From positions 1 through 34,389 of IMG/VR virus record IMGVR_UViG_3300017653_000213: 34,389 bases of DNA, one strand, 5' to 3'. This document shows, in pieces, positions 25,640 through 33,396 of this stretch (the stretch's first letter is position 1; each line of letters begins with the position of its first letter). The notes beneath the pieces were generated by a model that searched no databases, was not told the origin of the DNA, and saw only the letters and a list, made by a program, of their open reading frames with translations. Made by a program: the position numbers and the translations under genes. Source of the stretch: a virus. Lineage: Duplodnaviria > Caudoviricetes.

Positions 25640-28567
25640 TTAAACAGCAATTCGGTTTCTACTTTTCGCTTTAACTTCAGCATTAATACGTTTTTTATTC
25701 TCTTCTGCACAACAAGTACATCTAACTCGATTGTTATTTTCTCCTCGATTAATGACATTTCCACAATCAAGACAATTAGTAGCTTTCTCTCGTTCAATTA
25801 GATTAATTTCAAGGTTATGTAATAACACTTCCCCAAATTTCGATTCCCATAACATAAATAAGTTTTTAGTTTTACTAGGGTATTTGACATTTCCTTCAAC
25901 ATCAATCACCTTAGTTGTCTCATACAGGTATTTAATTAGTACGTCTACTACATATGAAGGTTCATAAGTATCACCATTTTCATTTTTGATCATTTCATTG
26001 TAGAAATCATCAATTTTAGATACCTTAGCATAATTCTTCTTTCCTTTATTACCTTGCATAATTTGAGCCTGAACTTGCTTAGAATATTTATTTATCAACT
26101 CTTCATACTGGGTAATGATTTCTTCATTAATCTCAACTGCTTTGTCACTCATTAATAACGTGTAATCAAATTTATTTCGCCCACTAAAACGTAGTGTTTC
26201 AAAATTACTTTTATCAAATTGTTTGAAAATGCGATTTACTGTACTATTGTTAATTGGTTCAACCTCATCGACTTTCTTATTTTTCACAGCAATAAAGAAA
26301 TGAGGAAGTTTGATTTTCACTTGATTCTTATTCCCCTTATCGTCAACAACAATATATCCATCAATTTCTGATAATCGCTTCTTGATATCAGCATTTTCAA
26401 TCGGGATTCTAAATCCTGTTTTTGCAAAGTCTATTTCCTGATTGTTTTTGTATTTCAACAACTTCACATTCTCGATATCTTTTTCTGTTATATCATCTTT
26501 ACCTTTATTAAACACTTTTGATATTTGATTACTAATTACACCAATGTTCGCACTGAATGAATCGCATAACGTCTTATAAATTGAATCTTCATTGATTATC
26601 TGTGGTTTACCCTTTTCCATTTCATAAGCTAACGGTTTTACTTTATTCTCATCCATATGTCTCTTAGCAACCTCTATAAACGTTTCAGAAGGCACACACA
26701 CAGCAATATCTCCATCTACATCAAAGGCTAACTCAAAGGATGCAGTAGAATAAATACTCGTATAAATACCCATTGTTTTATAATACTTATATTTTCTCTT
26801 ATCCACCTTATTAGTATTAATAGAATGCTCTATGTACAAATGAGGGCTACGAAGCATGTCGATACTAATACCATTCTCGAATAACTGACATGATACCTCA
26901 TCAGCTTTTAATTGCCCCTTAATCTCTAATCCATATAACCATTCTCCGAATGCTACAACATCTGGTAAAATGTACATTGTTCTTGATCCTTCCATAATCA
27001 ACGAACCAGATTGAGCATCTTCAATTAGAGAGTCACGCACATCTCTAATTTTACTTTGTATGTACTTATCTTTTAATAATTCATCTGTTAATGATAGAGC
27101 CTTATGTATTGGACGTTTAAATTTAACATTTGCACCAGCTAAATTTAAAAGGAAATTATTATCCTCTTTCAATTCTTTTGAAGATTTTTTAACTTTCTTA
27201 TCTTTCACAATCTTGTCTGTACTTGCAGCTTCAATAATTCGATTTATGCGATTACGTGTATAAGATGTAAATTCATCTAATTCATCATCAGTTGTATTAT
27301 AAAGTGTTTGCAACATTTGATATGAGATTGTTGAGTCTGCAAAATCTTTCTTTTTTATAGATTCAATGTTACATACTGCAAACTCTGAACCATTCTCTTC
27401 AAATTTCTTCTTAAAGTCCTCAAATGAATCATAATATTTCCACATCTTCACCTGACTAGCTGTCAATATTATCTTTTTACCTTTTAATGATTGAGGATTT
27501 CCCCACACATCATTCACAGTAAATGTGTTTAAATCAATTTCGTATCCTTGTCCTTTTTGTTCTTTTGCGAATGCGATCCAGTCAAAAGGTGTAAGAAGAC
27601 CTTTTATCCAGCTAGAACGTATTTGCACGTTTCTATTGAAGTAAGAAGGTAAAATATAGCCACAACCATCTGATACAGGATTTACTAATGGTTGTTTATC
27701 TGTCATATCATCACTGTGGATAATGTCATATTTACTGTTAATATACTCATATTCAGTATCTTCAATTTTAAATTCAAAATCAGGTAGAATAAGAACATCA
27801 TTCATGTTGAAGTCTTTTCCAGTAACATCTTTCCATTCAACTGATGCTGAAGTACATAAAGCCTTATATGCAAGAAGTTTACCAATTGCAATTCCTTTTT
27901 CAATTACTTCATTACCATCTTTATCTATTTTAATGAATTCCTTATTATTAATTATGTCATCAGTTAACCCTGCAAAGAGTTTCTTTTCTATACTTTTATA
28001 AGATTCTTCCTCAACACATACAATTCGCTTTTCTCTAATTTGACCAGCAGAAGCAAAAGTAAATTTGTATAATTTATCATTGTATTTATAGCCATTGTCA
28101 ATGATTTGTTTCATCATGTCATAATGAATAACTTCAACTACCATAAATTTATCTGTAGTTTCATTTGTCTTAATACCTAACGCTCGTGTAAAGGTAGATT
28201 CAAATTGTGCTATCTTATTTTCTGTTTTTTCTAATGCTTTAGGATTTAATACCCTCACATCTGTATTCATCTTAATTTGTGCTTTTAACTCTTTTTTAAT
28301 TGCATTTAAAACTTCCTTAACTTCACCATTTCCGTACTCTTTAACGATTTTAGTGTATGTATTAGCTAACTCTTCCTTTTTGTTAAGGTATTTATTATGT
28401 AATTCTTGATTATCTTTATGACGGTCTAATTGTCCTTCAATAATGCTTAGATTATCCTTATAGTATTTAACCGTATTGTACTTTTCACGAATCTCAAGTT
28501 CTTTCTCGTTAAATAAATCATTAGTTGTAATTGAATATAAAAATACTTGTTTAGTTTGCATTGTCAT
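25640..28567 (-). CDS. yonO: YonO-like single-subunit two-barrel RNA polymerase (RdRP-related)
   Basis: Catalytic FDVDGD (DxDGD), SAGQIR, SDGCG, QIRSSWIKG, SQVKMWKYY, YQMLQTL, LRSPHL, IDFAKT, C-terminal Zn ribbon CLDC...CTCC. Confidence 0.88.
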   Translation of the reverse strand: MTMQTKQVFLYSITTNDLFNEKELEIREKYNTVKYYKDNLSIIEGQLDRHKDNQELHNKYLNKKEELANTYTKIVKEYGNGEVKEVLNAIKKELKAQIKMNTDVRVLNPKALEKTENKIAQFESTFTRALGIKTNETTDKFMVVEVIHYDMMKQIIDNGYKYNDKLYKFTFASAGQIREKRIVCVEEESYKSIEKKLFAGLTDDIINNKEFIKIDKDGNEVIEKGIAIGKLLAYKALCTSASVEWKDVTGKDFNMNDVLILPDFEFKIEDTEYEYINSKYDIIHSDDMTDKQPLVNPVSDGCGYILPSYFNRNVQIRSSWIKGLLTPFDWIAFAKEQKGQGYEIDLNTFTVNDVWGNPQSLKGKKIILTASQVKMWKYYDSFEDFKKKFEENGSEFAVCNIESIKKKDFADSTISYQMLQTLYNTTDDELDEFTSYTRNRINRIIEAASTDKIVKDKKVKKSSKELKEDNNFLLNLAGANVKFKRPIHKALSLTDELLKDKYIQSKIRDVRDSLIEDAQSGSLIMEGSRTMYILPDVVAFGEWLYGLEIKGQLKADEVSCQLFENGISIDMLRSPHLYIEHSINTNKVDKRKYKYYKTMGIYTSIYSTASFELAFDVDGDIAVCVPSETFIEVAKRHMDENKVKPLAYEMEKGKPQIINEDSIYKTLCDSFSANIGVISNQISKVFNKGKDDITEKDIENVKLLKYKNNQEIDFAKTGFRIPIENADIKKRLSEIDGYIVVDDKGNKNQVKIKLPHFFIAVKNKKVDEVEPINNSTVNRIFKQFDKSNFETLRFSGRNKFDYTLLMSDKAVEINEEIITQYEELINKYSKQVQAQIMQGNKGKKNYAKVSKIDDFYNEMIKNENGDTYEPSYVVDVLIKYLYETTKVIDVEGNVKYPSKTKNLFMLWESKFGEVLLHNLEINLIEREKATNCLDCGNVINRGENNNRVRCTCCAEENKKRINAEVKAKSRNRIAV

Positions 28568-28631
28568 TATTGATTACCTCCGAATTTTGATTTTTTATGT
28601 TATGCATTAGTAAAACTTGCTTATGTATTAA

Positions 28632-29579
28632 TTAAAGTAACTCGTATAACTCATCACAAAGGCTGTCAATTTCTTCAGGTGTTATTTCATCGACATTATC
28701 CTTAAACTTGCCCCAATTTTCTTTAGATTCACCGAATGAAGATTTAATGTTATTTGAAGGGAGCACTAAATTTCGTGCACCTTCTAAACTTTCAACTTCC
28801 TCTTCAATATTTATAGATTTCTTTTTATCTTTCCTCTTCTTGTCTACACGTTTAATTAATGGTTCGATGATGTGACCATAACCTTCTACAAATTTTTTAA
28901 CATCTTCCTCTTTAGCACTATTTAAGATATAGTGTTCGAATTTATATCCACCTTTACCATTCGGTCTACTATGAGAAGCTAAAAAGTAATGACGATTCAA
29001 TTCATAAATCATCTGATTCAGATAATCCTTATCAAATCCTAGAATTTTACTCATTCTCACAATACTCATAAATGCTTTTTCTTCCATGTTGTGTGTCCAT
29101 TTTTCAATAAGACAATACAAAGCGTAGTATTTCTCATTCAAACCTACATCCTCATACTTCTGGAACAAATCAAGTGGTACATAGATATAAAATCGGTCTT
29201 CCCCTTTTTCTCTTTCAAACTTACCAATCGGAAAAGGATTAACTGCTGTGATATGTAAGATATCCTTATCTTTCAATTCCCCTTTATCATCTAAAAGGTA
29301 TTCCCAACGTGATACATTTTCTACTTTAATAACCTTTGCAGCTTTCAATTTCTTCAACAAATCAAATATTTCAGTAGATGTATATTTTGTTTCCTTTCGT
29401 AACATTGAGATGGAAGTCATAAACGTATGTTCATTTTCCTGACCATGTAATCTAAACTTGTACAATTGAAAATATAGATTTAAACCCTTATACGTTATCT
29501 TCTGATAAACATTTTGCTTTCTATCCAATTCATCAAACCACTTACTATTAATTTTTATCGAGTCTAATGTGTAATTCAA
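28632..29579 (-). CDS. Putative replication initiator (tandem winged-helix-like)
   Basis: Two repeats of an LYxxL...TSISML / YYALY...MSIVRMSKILG wHTH pattern; adjacent to iterons; TTG start with GGAGGT RBS. Confidence 0.55.
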   Translation of the reverse strand: MNYTLDSIKINSKWFDELDRKQNVYQKITYKGLNLYFQLYKFRLHGQENEHTFMTSISMLRKETKYTSTEIFDLLKKLKAAKVIKVENVSRWEYLLDDKGELKDKDILHITAVNPFPIGKFEREKGEDRFYIYVPLDLFQKYEDVGLNEKYYALYCLIEKWTHNMEEKAFMSIVRMSKILGFDKDYLNQMIYELNRHYFLASHSRPNGKGGYKFEHYILNSAKEEDVKKFVEGYGHIIEPLIKRVDKKRKDKKKSINIEEEVESLEGARNLVLPSNNIKSSFGESKENWGKFKDNVDEITPEEIDSLCDELYELL

Positions 29580-29696
29580 AATTGATTACCTCCATGATTA
29601 AATGATGAGATTCAAATTTTAGTAATTCGCAAACTTGTTTTGTGAATTACGAGATATCACCTTATTGATTCTAATATTATTACCTTAATGATTATG

Positions 29697-29951
29697 TCCC
29701 TTATTTGCTCAATAAATCATAGTTCTTGTATTGAAAAGGTGTACCCATTACCCCAAAATATCACAGGCACTTTTTACTCAAAAATCCACAAACCATTGAT
29801 ACTATTAGGTTTATAAGCAACTTTTAAAAACGCTTGGTATATCCCTTATTTGCTGAAAATATCACGATTTTTGTAGTCAAAACTAATACACTTTAGGTAG
29901 AAATATCACACTTTTTGCAAAATGACCGTACCCATTCAGTAGAAATATCAC
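29697..29951. repeat. Iteron-like direct repeats, putative replication origin
   Basis: AAATATCAC at 29756, 29857, 29901, 29943; TCCCTTATTTGCT at 29697, 29842; GTACCCATT at 29741, 29928. Confidence 0.7.
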
Positions 29952-29953
29952 GA

Positions 29954-30133
29954 TTATTGTTTTGAGTTATATTCATCTAAAGCATTTTGTAAGGATTCTG
30001 ATTTATAGAACATTGAAAAAGTCTTATCAGTAGTTGGATTCTTAGCAACTGTTATGTAATTGATCCCTTTAATATCATGCAAGTATGAAAATAATTGTTT
30101 GTTGTAGCAGAAAAAGAAATTACTGTTATCCAT
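29954..30133 (-). CDS. 59-aa protein, DUF5659-like (not in ORF track)
   Basis: MDNSNFFFCYNKQLFSYLHDIKGINYITVAKNPTTDKTFSMFYKSESLQNALDEYNSKQ; RBS AAAGGGG. Confidence 0.7.
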   Translation of the reverse strand: MDNSNFFFCYNKQLFSYLHDIKGINYITVAKNPTTDKTFSMFYKSESLQNALDEYNSKQ

Positions 30134-30198
30134 TTAAAATCCCCTTTCTAATTTGATTAAATTTTTAACTTAAAATCTAAAAAAATATTAAATTACAC

Positions 30199-30227
30199 TT
30201 GCAACACCCCTTTCAAGATGATAAGAT
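30199..30227 (+). promoter_or_regulatory. Sigma-A-type promoter with no downstream ORF
   Basis: TTGCAA-17-TAAGAT with extended TG. Confidence 0.5.
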
Positions 30228-30380
30228 AAACATGTAATAAATTATCTACATGATATCCTGAATAAAATCTATCTAAAAGTAGATAGAGTCCATAATTAGT
30301 ATACAACATTTGCTGGATTAATAGCAAGTGTATTTCGTGTTTTATTTGTGACAATTATGTGAACATTTTAATATAGACTA

Positions 30381-30416
30381 ATAGAAGCCACTCTAAATTG
30401 AGTAGCTTCTTTTTTA
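30381..30416. terminator. Bidirectional terminator
   Basis: GAAGCCACTC/GAGTAGCTTC stem, T7 on the plus strand, G.U-compatible on the minus strand. Confidence 0.7.
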
Positions 30417-30429
30417 TTTGATTAATTAT

Positions 30430-30891
30430 TCAACCTCTTGAACGAAGTGGAGGGATTGGGATATTACCCACATTAATTATTAATTCTTCGTGTAGTTCTT
30501 CGATTCTATTAATCAATTTATCCTGTAATTGAATTAAGCTATCTCGTTCTTCTTCATCTTCCTCATTACTTAACCATTCAAATGTATCTCTCATTGTGCT
30601 GCATAATTCCCTAACACTCATATGAGGTATCTTTTCTTCTATAGAGACAGGAGCATTATTTTCATTAATAACAATTAACTTTCTGTTAATCCAATCCTTT
30701 ACTGCCCAAACTAAGTTAACCTCAATTTTATATTCACCAGCTTCAATAATTGATGTCCCTTCTTCTAATGCTTCTTTTATACCCTCAGCAATCCAGTAAG
30801 CAATTAGAGGTTGATCATTATAATATAGTTGAGTTGTACCATCATTCATAATTACACTTGCAATTACTTTTTCTTCTACTTGATTTGTCAT
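30430..30891 (-). CDS. Hypothetical early protein
   Basis: 153-aa acidic ORF with RBS AAGGGG. Confidence 0.75.
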   Translation of the reverse strand: MTNQVEEKVIASVIMNDGTTQLYYNDQPLIAYWIAEGIKEALEEGTSIIEAGEYKIEVNLVWAVKDWINRKLIVINENNAPVSIEEKIPHMSVRELCSTMRDTFEWLSNEEDEEERDSLIQLQDKLINRIEELHEELIINVGNIPIPPLRSRG

Positions 30892-31010
30892 TAATTCATT
30901 TCCCCTTTTAAATAAAATTTTTATATTCTCTCACCAGTTCATTCATGATGAGTTGTAGCTTGTCCGATAATTCTTTTGTACAGTTGCAGTTCAAATAGTT
31001 CATGTAAAGT

Positions 31011-31694
31011 TTAAGCAACTAACTCTTCCTCAGCTTCTCGAATGTACTCAGCATCAACTTCTAAATTAATAGAAAGCACTTGAGCAGTATAAACTTCATC
31101 TTCAATTTCATCTTTAAACGTAACTTTTTCAATTGAAGCATTATCATTGTTGATTAATTTAGTAACAATTTCATATGCTTCATCTTCATCATTTGCTTCA
31201 ACATCTAATAGTGTTGTTAATGAAATTAATGCAGTTTGATCCGTATCTGTTTCCATTGTGAAGATACTTGCATAAACAACTTTAAGTGGTAATTGTTCGT
31301 TTGATTTTGTGTTAATTGAAAGAACATTCTCCCCAAATGTGGAATCTAAGATTGTCATATCACCATCTTCTAAATCAAATGGTGCTGTGAAAAGTGATTG
31401 ATTTAATTCATCTACTAGTAGACTTTTATTATTGATGCCAACCCAACTGTTTAACTCAGGATGTTTAACTAGTGGATAGTTCCCCTTTGCTGCTAATCCG
31501 ATTCCTACCGATACTTCAAAAGTTTTTTTCATTTCATTTCCTCCAATTGTTTTTGTATTTTTATCTATAAAAACTGCTACATGTGTAACAGGAATTACTG
31601 AATTAATATTGCTACTATTAACTGTACCTAAGTCAAAAAAATGGTAAACATTAGAGCGTACTAAGGATTGTATCAATGTGATTTCATTTACCAC
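31011..31694 (-). CDS. Hypothetical acidic early protein (probable start ATG 31532)
   Basis: RBS GGAGG before MKKTFEV; VEANDEDEAYEIV motif. Confidence 0.7.
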   Translation of the reverse strand: MVNEITLIQSLVRSNVYHFFDLGTVNSSNINSVIPVTHVAVFIDKNTKTIGGNEMKKTFEVSVGIGLAAKGNYPLVKHPELNSWVGINNKSLLVDELNQSLFTAPFDLEDGDMTILDSTFGENVLSINTKSNEQLPLKVVYASIFTMETDTDQTALISLTTLLDVEANDEDEAYEIVTKLINNDNASIEKVTFKDEIEDEVYTAQVLSINLEVDAEYIREAEEELVA

Positions 31695-31887
31695 AAACAG
31701 AATTTCAACTTTTTTAAATTATCACATAATTTTTACTAAAAAAATTTAGTAGAACTTGTTACGTTAACCTTTAAAAACCTTGATATAAAGCCTTTTTATT
31801 GATGGTAGCTACATCTGGTCACATACTATTAGAGGTAGGTCAGCTCCATCTGGTTTATGGATTTGATAGGAACCTACTCCATGTGAA

Positions 31888-32271
31888 CTACCAATTTGGT
31901 GTAATTTTTAATTCTAATTGGTGAGAAAGAATAAACGCTGGTACAAAATTAAACTGAAAAGAATTGTAATGACTATCAAACAAAATATAAATAACATCGA
32001 ACATTGTTGAACAAATTCCAATGTGCACCATTTTTAATTGACTCTCTTCAACACTAATTTTTGTCACTGGTGAAATTAATAGTTCTTTTACCTTTTCTGT
32101 TACTTCAGAATTTGTGATTTGCTCAAGTGCATCATAGTTGAATTGATCATTTTCGAAAAATTCATTATTTTCAAATTTAGTATAAATCATATGGAAACCC
32201 CCAACATTGTAATTAGTAAAATAAAGCTTATTGTTAAATAAAAACCGTATAACAATGACATATCTGTCCAA
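31888..32271 (-). CDS. Hypothetical early protein (probable start ATG 32190)
   Basis: RBS GGGGGT; ATGA overlap with the upstream 45-aa ORF. Confidence 0.65.
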   Translation of the reverse strand: MDRYVIVIRFLFNNKLYFTNYNVGGFHMIYTKFENNEFFENDQFNYDALEQITNSEVTEKVKELLISPVTKISVEESQLKMVHIGICSTMFDVIYILFDSHYNSFQFNFVPAFILSHQLELKITPNW

Positions 32272-32324
32272 TGTGAATCTTCACCTAAAAAGTAATTATT
32301 AATTATTTTAAATATCACCTTCAT
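32187..32324 (-). CDS. 45-aa membrane peptide, first gene of the early operon (not in ORF track)
   Basis: RBS AGGAGGT; MKVIFKIINNYFLGEDSHWTDMSLLYGFYLTISFILLITMLGVSI. Confidence 0.65.
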   Translation of the reverse strand: MKVIFKIINNYFLGEDSHWTDMSLLYGFYLTISFILLITMLGVSI

Positions 32325-32344
32325 TCTTTTACCTCCTCTTGCTT

Positions 32345-32452
32345 AACTATTTACATTGTACACTTTAAAATTTACTCTGTAAACACTTTTTGTAAACTTT
32401 TTAATTTACTTTTTCAAATTGTTGTTTACATGTACACTTTTGCATATAATAT
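32345..32452. promoter_or_regulatory. Divergent switch region with operator-like repeats
   Basis: TTTAC-n2/3-GTA(A/C)A palindromes and repeated TGTA(C/A)ACTTT; plus-strand TTGTTT-17-TATAAT before the HTH gene. Confidence 0.55.
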
Positions 32453-32467
32453 TAGTGAGGTGATAAA

Positions 32468-32683
32468 ATGCAATTAACTACTGCTGAGAAGATTAAATTA
32501 ATACTTGGACGTAAGAATATGACATTATCCGATTTAGCTAAAAAGATGAATTCAACTAGACAAAATTTACATAATAAGATGACTAGAAATAACTTTAGTG
32601 AAAATGAATTAAGATTAATTTCTGAAATATTGGAAGTTGAACTTAAAATAGAGTTTGTATTATCAGATGGTGATCGTATTTAG
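32468..32683 (+). CDS. XRE/Cro-CI family HTH regulator, probable repressor
   Basis: EKIKLILGRKNMTLSDLAKKMNSTRQNLHNKMTRNNFSENEL; the only sizeable plus-strand gene, divergent from the early operon. Confidence 0.88.
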   Translation: MQLTTAEKIKLILGRKNMTLSDLAKKMNSTRQNLHNKMTRNNFSENELRLISEILEVELKIEFVLSDGDRI

Positions 32684-32691
32684 GCAATATT

Positions 32692-32726
32692 AAAAGCGTA
32701 ACCTAATATGGCTACGCTTCTTTTTA
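32692..32726. terminator. Bidirectional terminator
   Basis: AAGCGTAACC/GGCTACGCTT stem with T-runs on both strands. Confidence 0.75.
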
Positions 32727-32829
32727 TGTTTAAAATTATTTTGAATTATTTAAAACTCTTTTGTATTATTATGTATCCAGTTTAAAATTTTTAAAAATAA
32801 TTCAAAACTGTTCAAATAAGTCTTGACAT

Positions 32830-33396
32830 ATACAACCTCTTACACCAGAATGAACGCTGCTCTATGAAATAGGCGCAAAGTAGTTACCTACTATCTAAAA
32901 CTCAAAAAAGAGTAATAGACAATAAGTAACTACCCGAACTATACACCGTCATGTCGTGTCTGATGTTTCTAGTCGTCTTGTTTAGTAGGGAATTTTCATT
33001 CCACATACTCTCACGTAATTACTGTCCTACGTGTGCGATAGTCATTTAATCGCATGAGTATGTTTACCAGTGCCTTGACACTCCAGTAAACCTCCTAGCC
33101 TTTAATGGTAGCTCTCACCATTTCATCCCACTCTAAACAAGCAAAGAGTTTGACAGGGATATATTCCGTAGTTTGCGTTGTGACGGACTGCACTGACCAG
33201 TTTTGATTAACGTCCAGTTAGTGGGCAACCTAGACGGACAAACACTAAATTTAAGCGTACTTAAATAAGCCTTCTACTTGCTATTTTTTGAAAAAGGCTT
33301 TAAAATAGATTTAAATACACTTATGCTGGCAGGCATTTTTAGTGTAGTCATATTTAATTGTGGATCACTGTTGGTAGCAGTGATTCTTTTTTGTTT
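32830..33396 (-). ncRNA. Candidate large structured non-coding RNA downstream of the integrase
   Basis: Many nested helices whose G.U pairs and GAAA tetraloop work on the minus strand; no substantial ORF; boundaries approximate. Confidence 0.7.
33313..33392 (+). ncRNA. Candidate ~80-nt antisense counter-transcript
   Basis: TTGCTA-17-TAAAAT promoter (33278-33306), hairpin with UGGCAG loop, terminator with UUGGUAG loop and U-run. Confidence 0.65.

Noticed and set aside
25615-25797. 60-aa minus-strand ORF overlapping the RNAP C-terminus (likewise 19981..20181 within portal)
   Set aside because: Alternate-frame overlap of conserved coding sequence with no independent support.
25640-28567. Calling the polymerase a true RNA-dependent RNA polymerase
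   Set aside because: The characterised family member YonO is DNA-dependent, and the context points to late transcription; RNA templating cannot be inferred from sequence.
495-29442. Numerous plus-strand ORFs of 60-135 aa in the ORF track
   Set aside because: Antisense shadows of well-supported minus-strand genes, with no recognisable motifs.
29697-29951. Repeats as a CRISPR mini-array
   Set aside because: Repeats are short, degenerate and irregularly spaced, and there are no cas genes; iterons fit better.
32830-33300. Second group I/II intron, tRNA or tmRNA
   Set aside because: No P7 GACUA/UAGUC core, no group II domain V, no cloverleaf, and no interrupted gene.
33274-33351. 25-aa ORF MTTLKMPASISVFKSILKPFSKNSK in the RNA leader
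   Set aside because: No RBS, and its sequence is explained by the opposite-strand promoter and hairpin; a leader-peptide role is not fully excluded.
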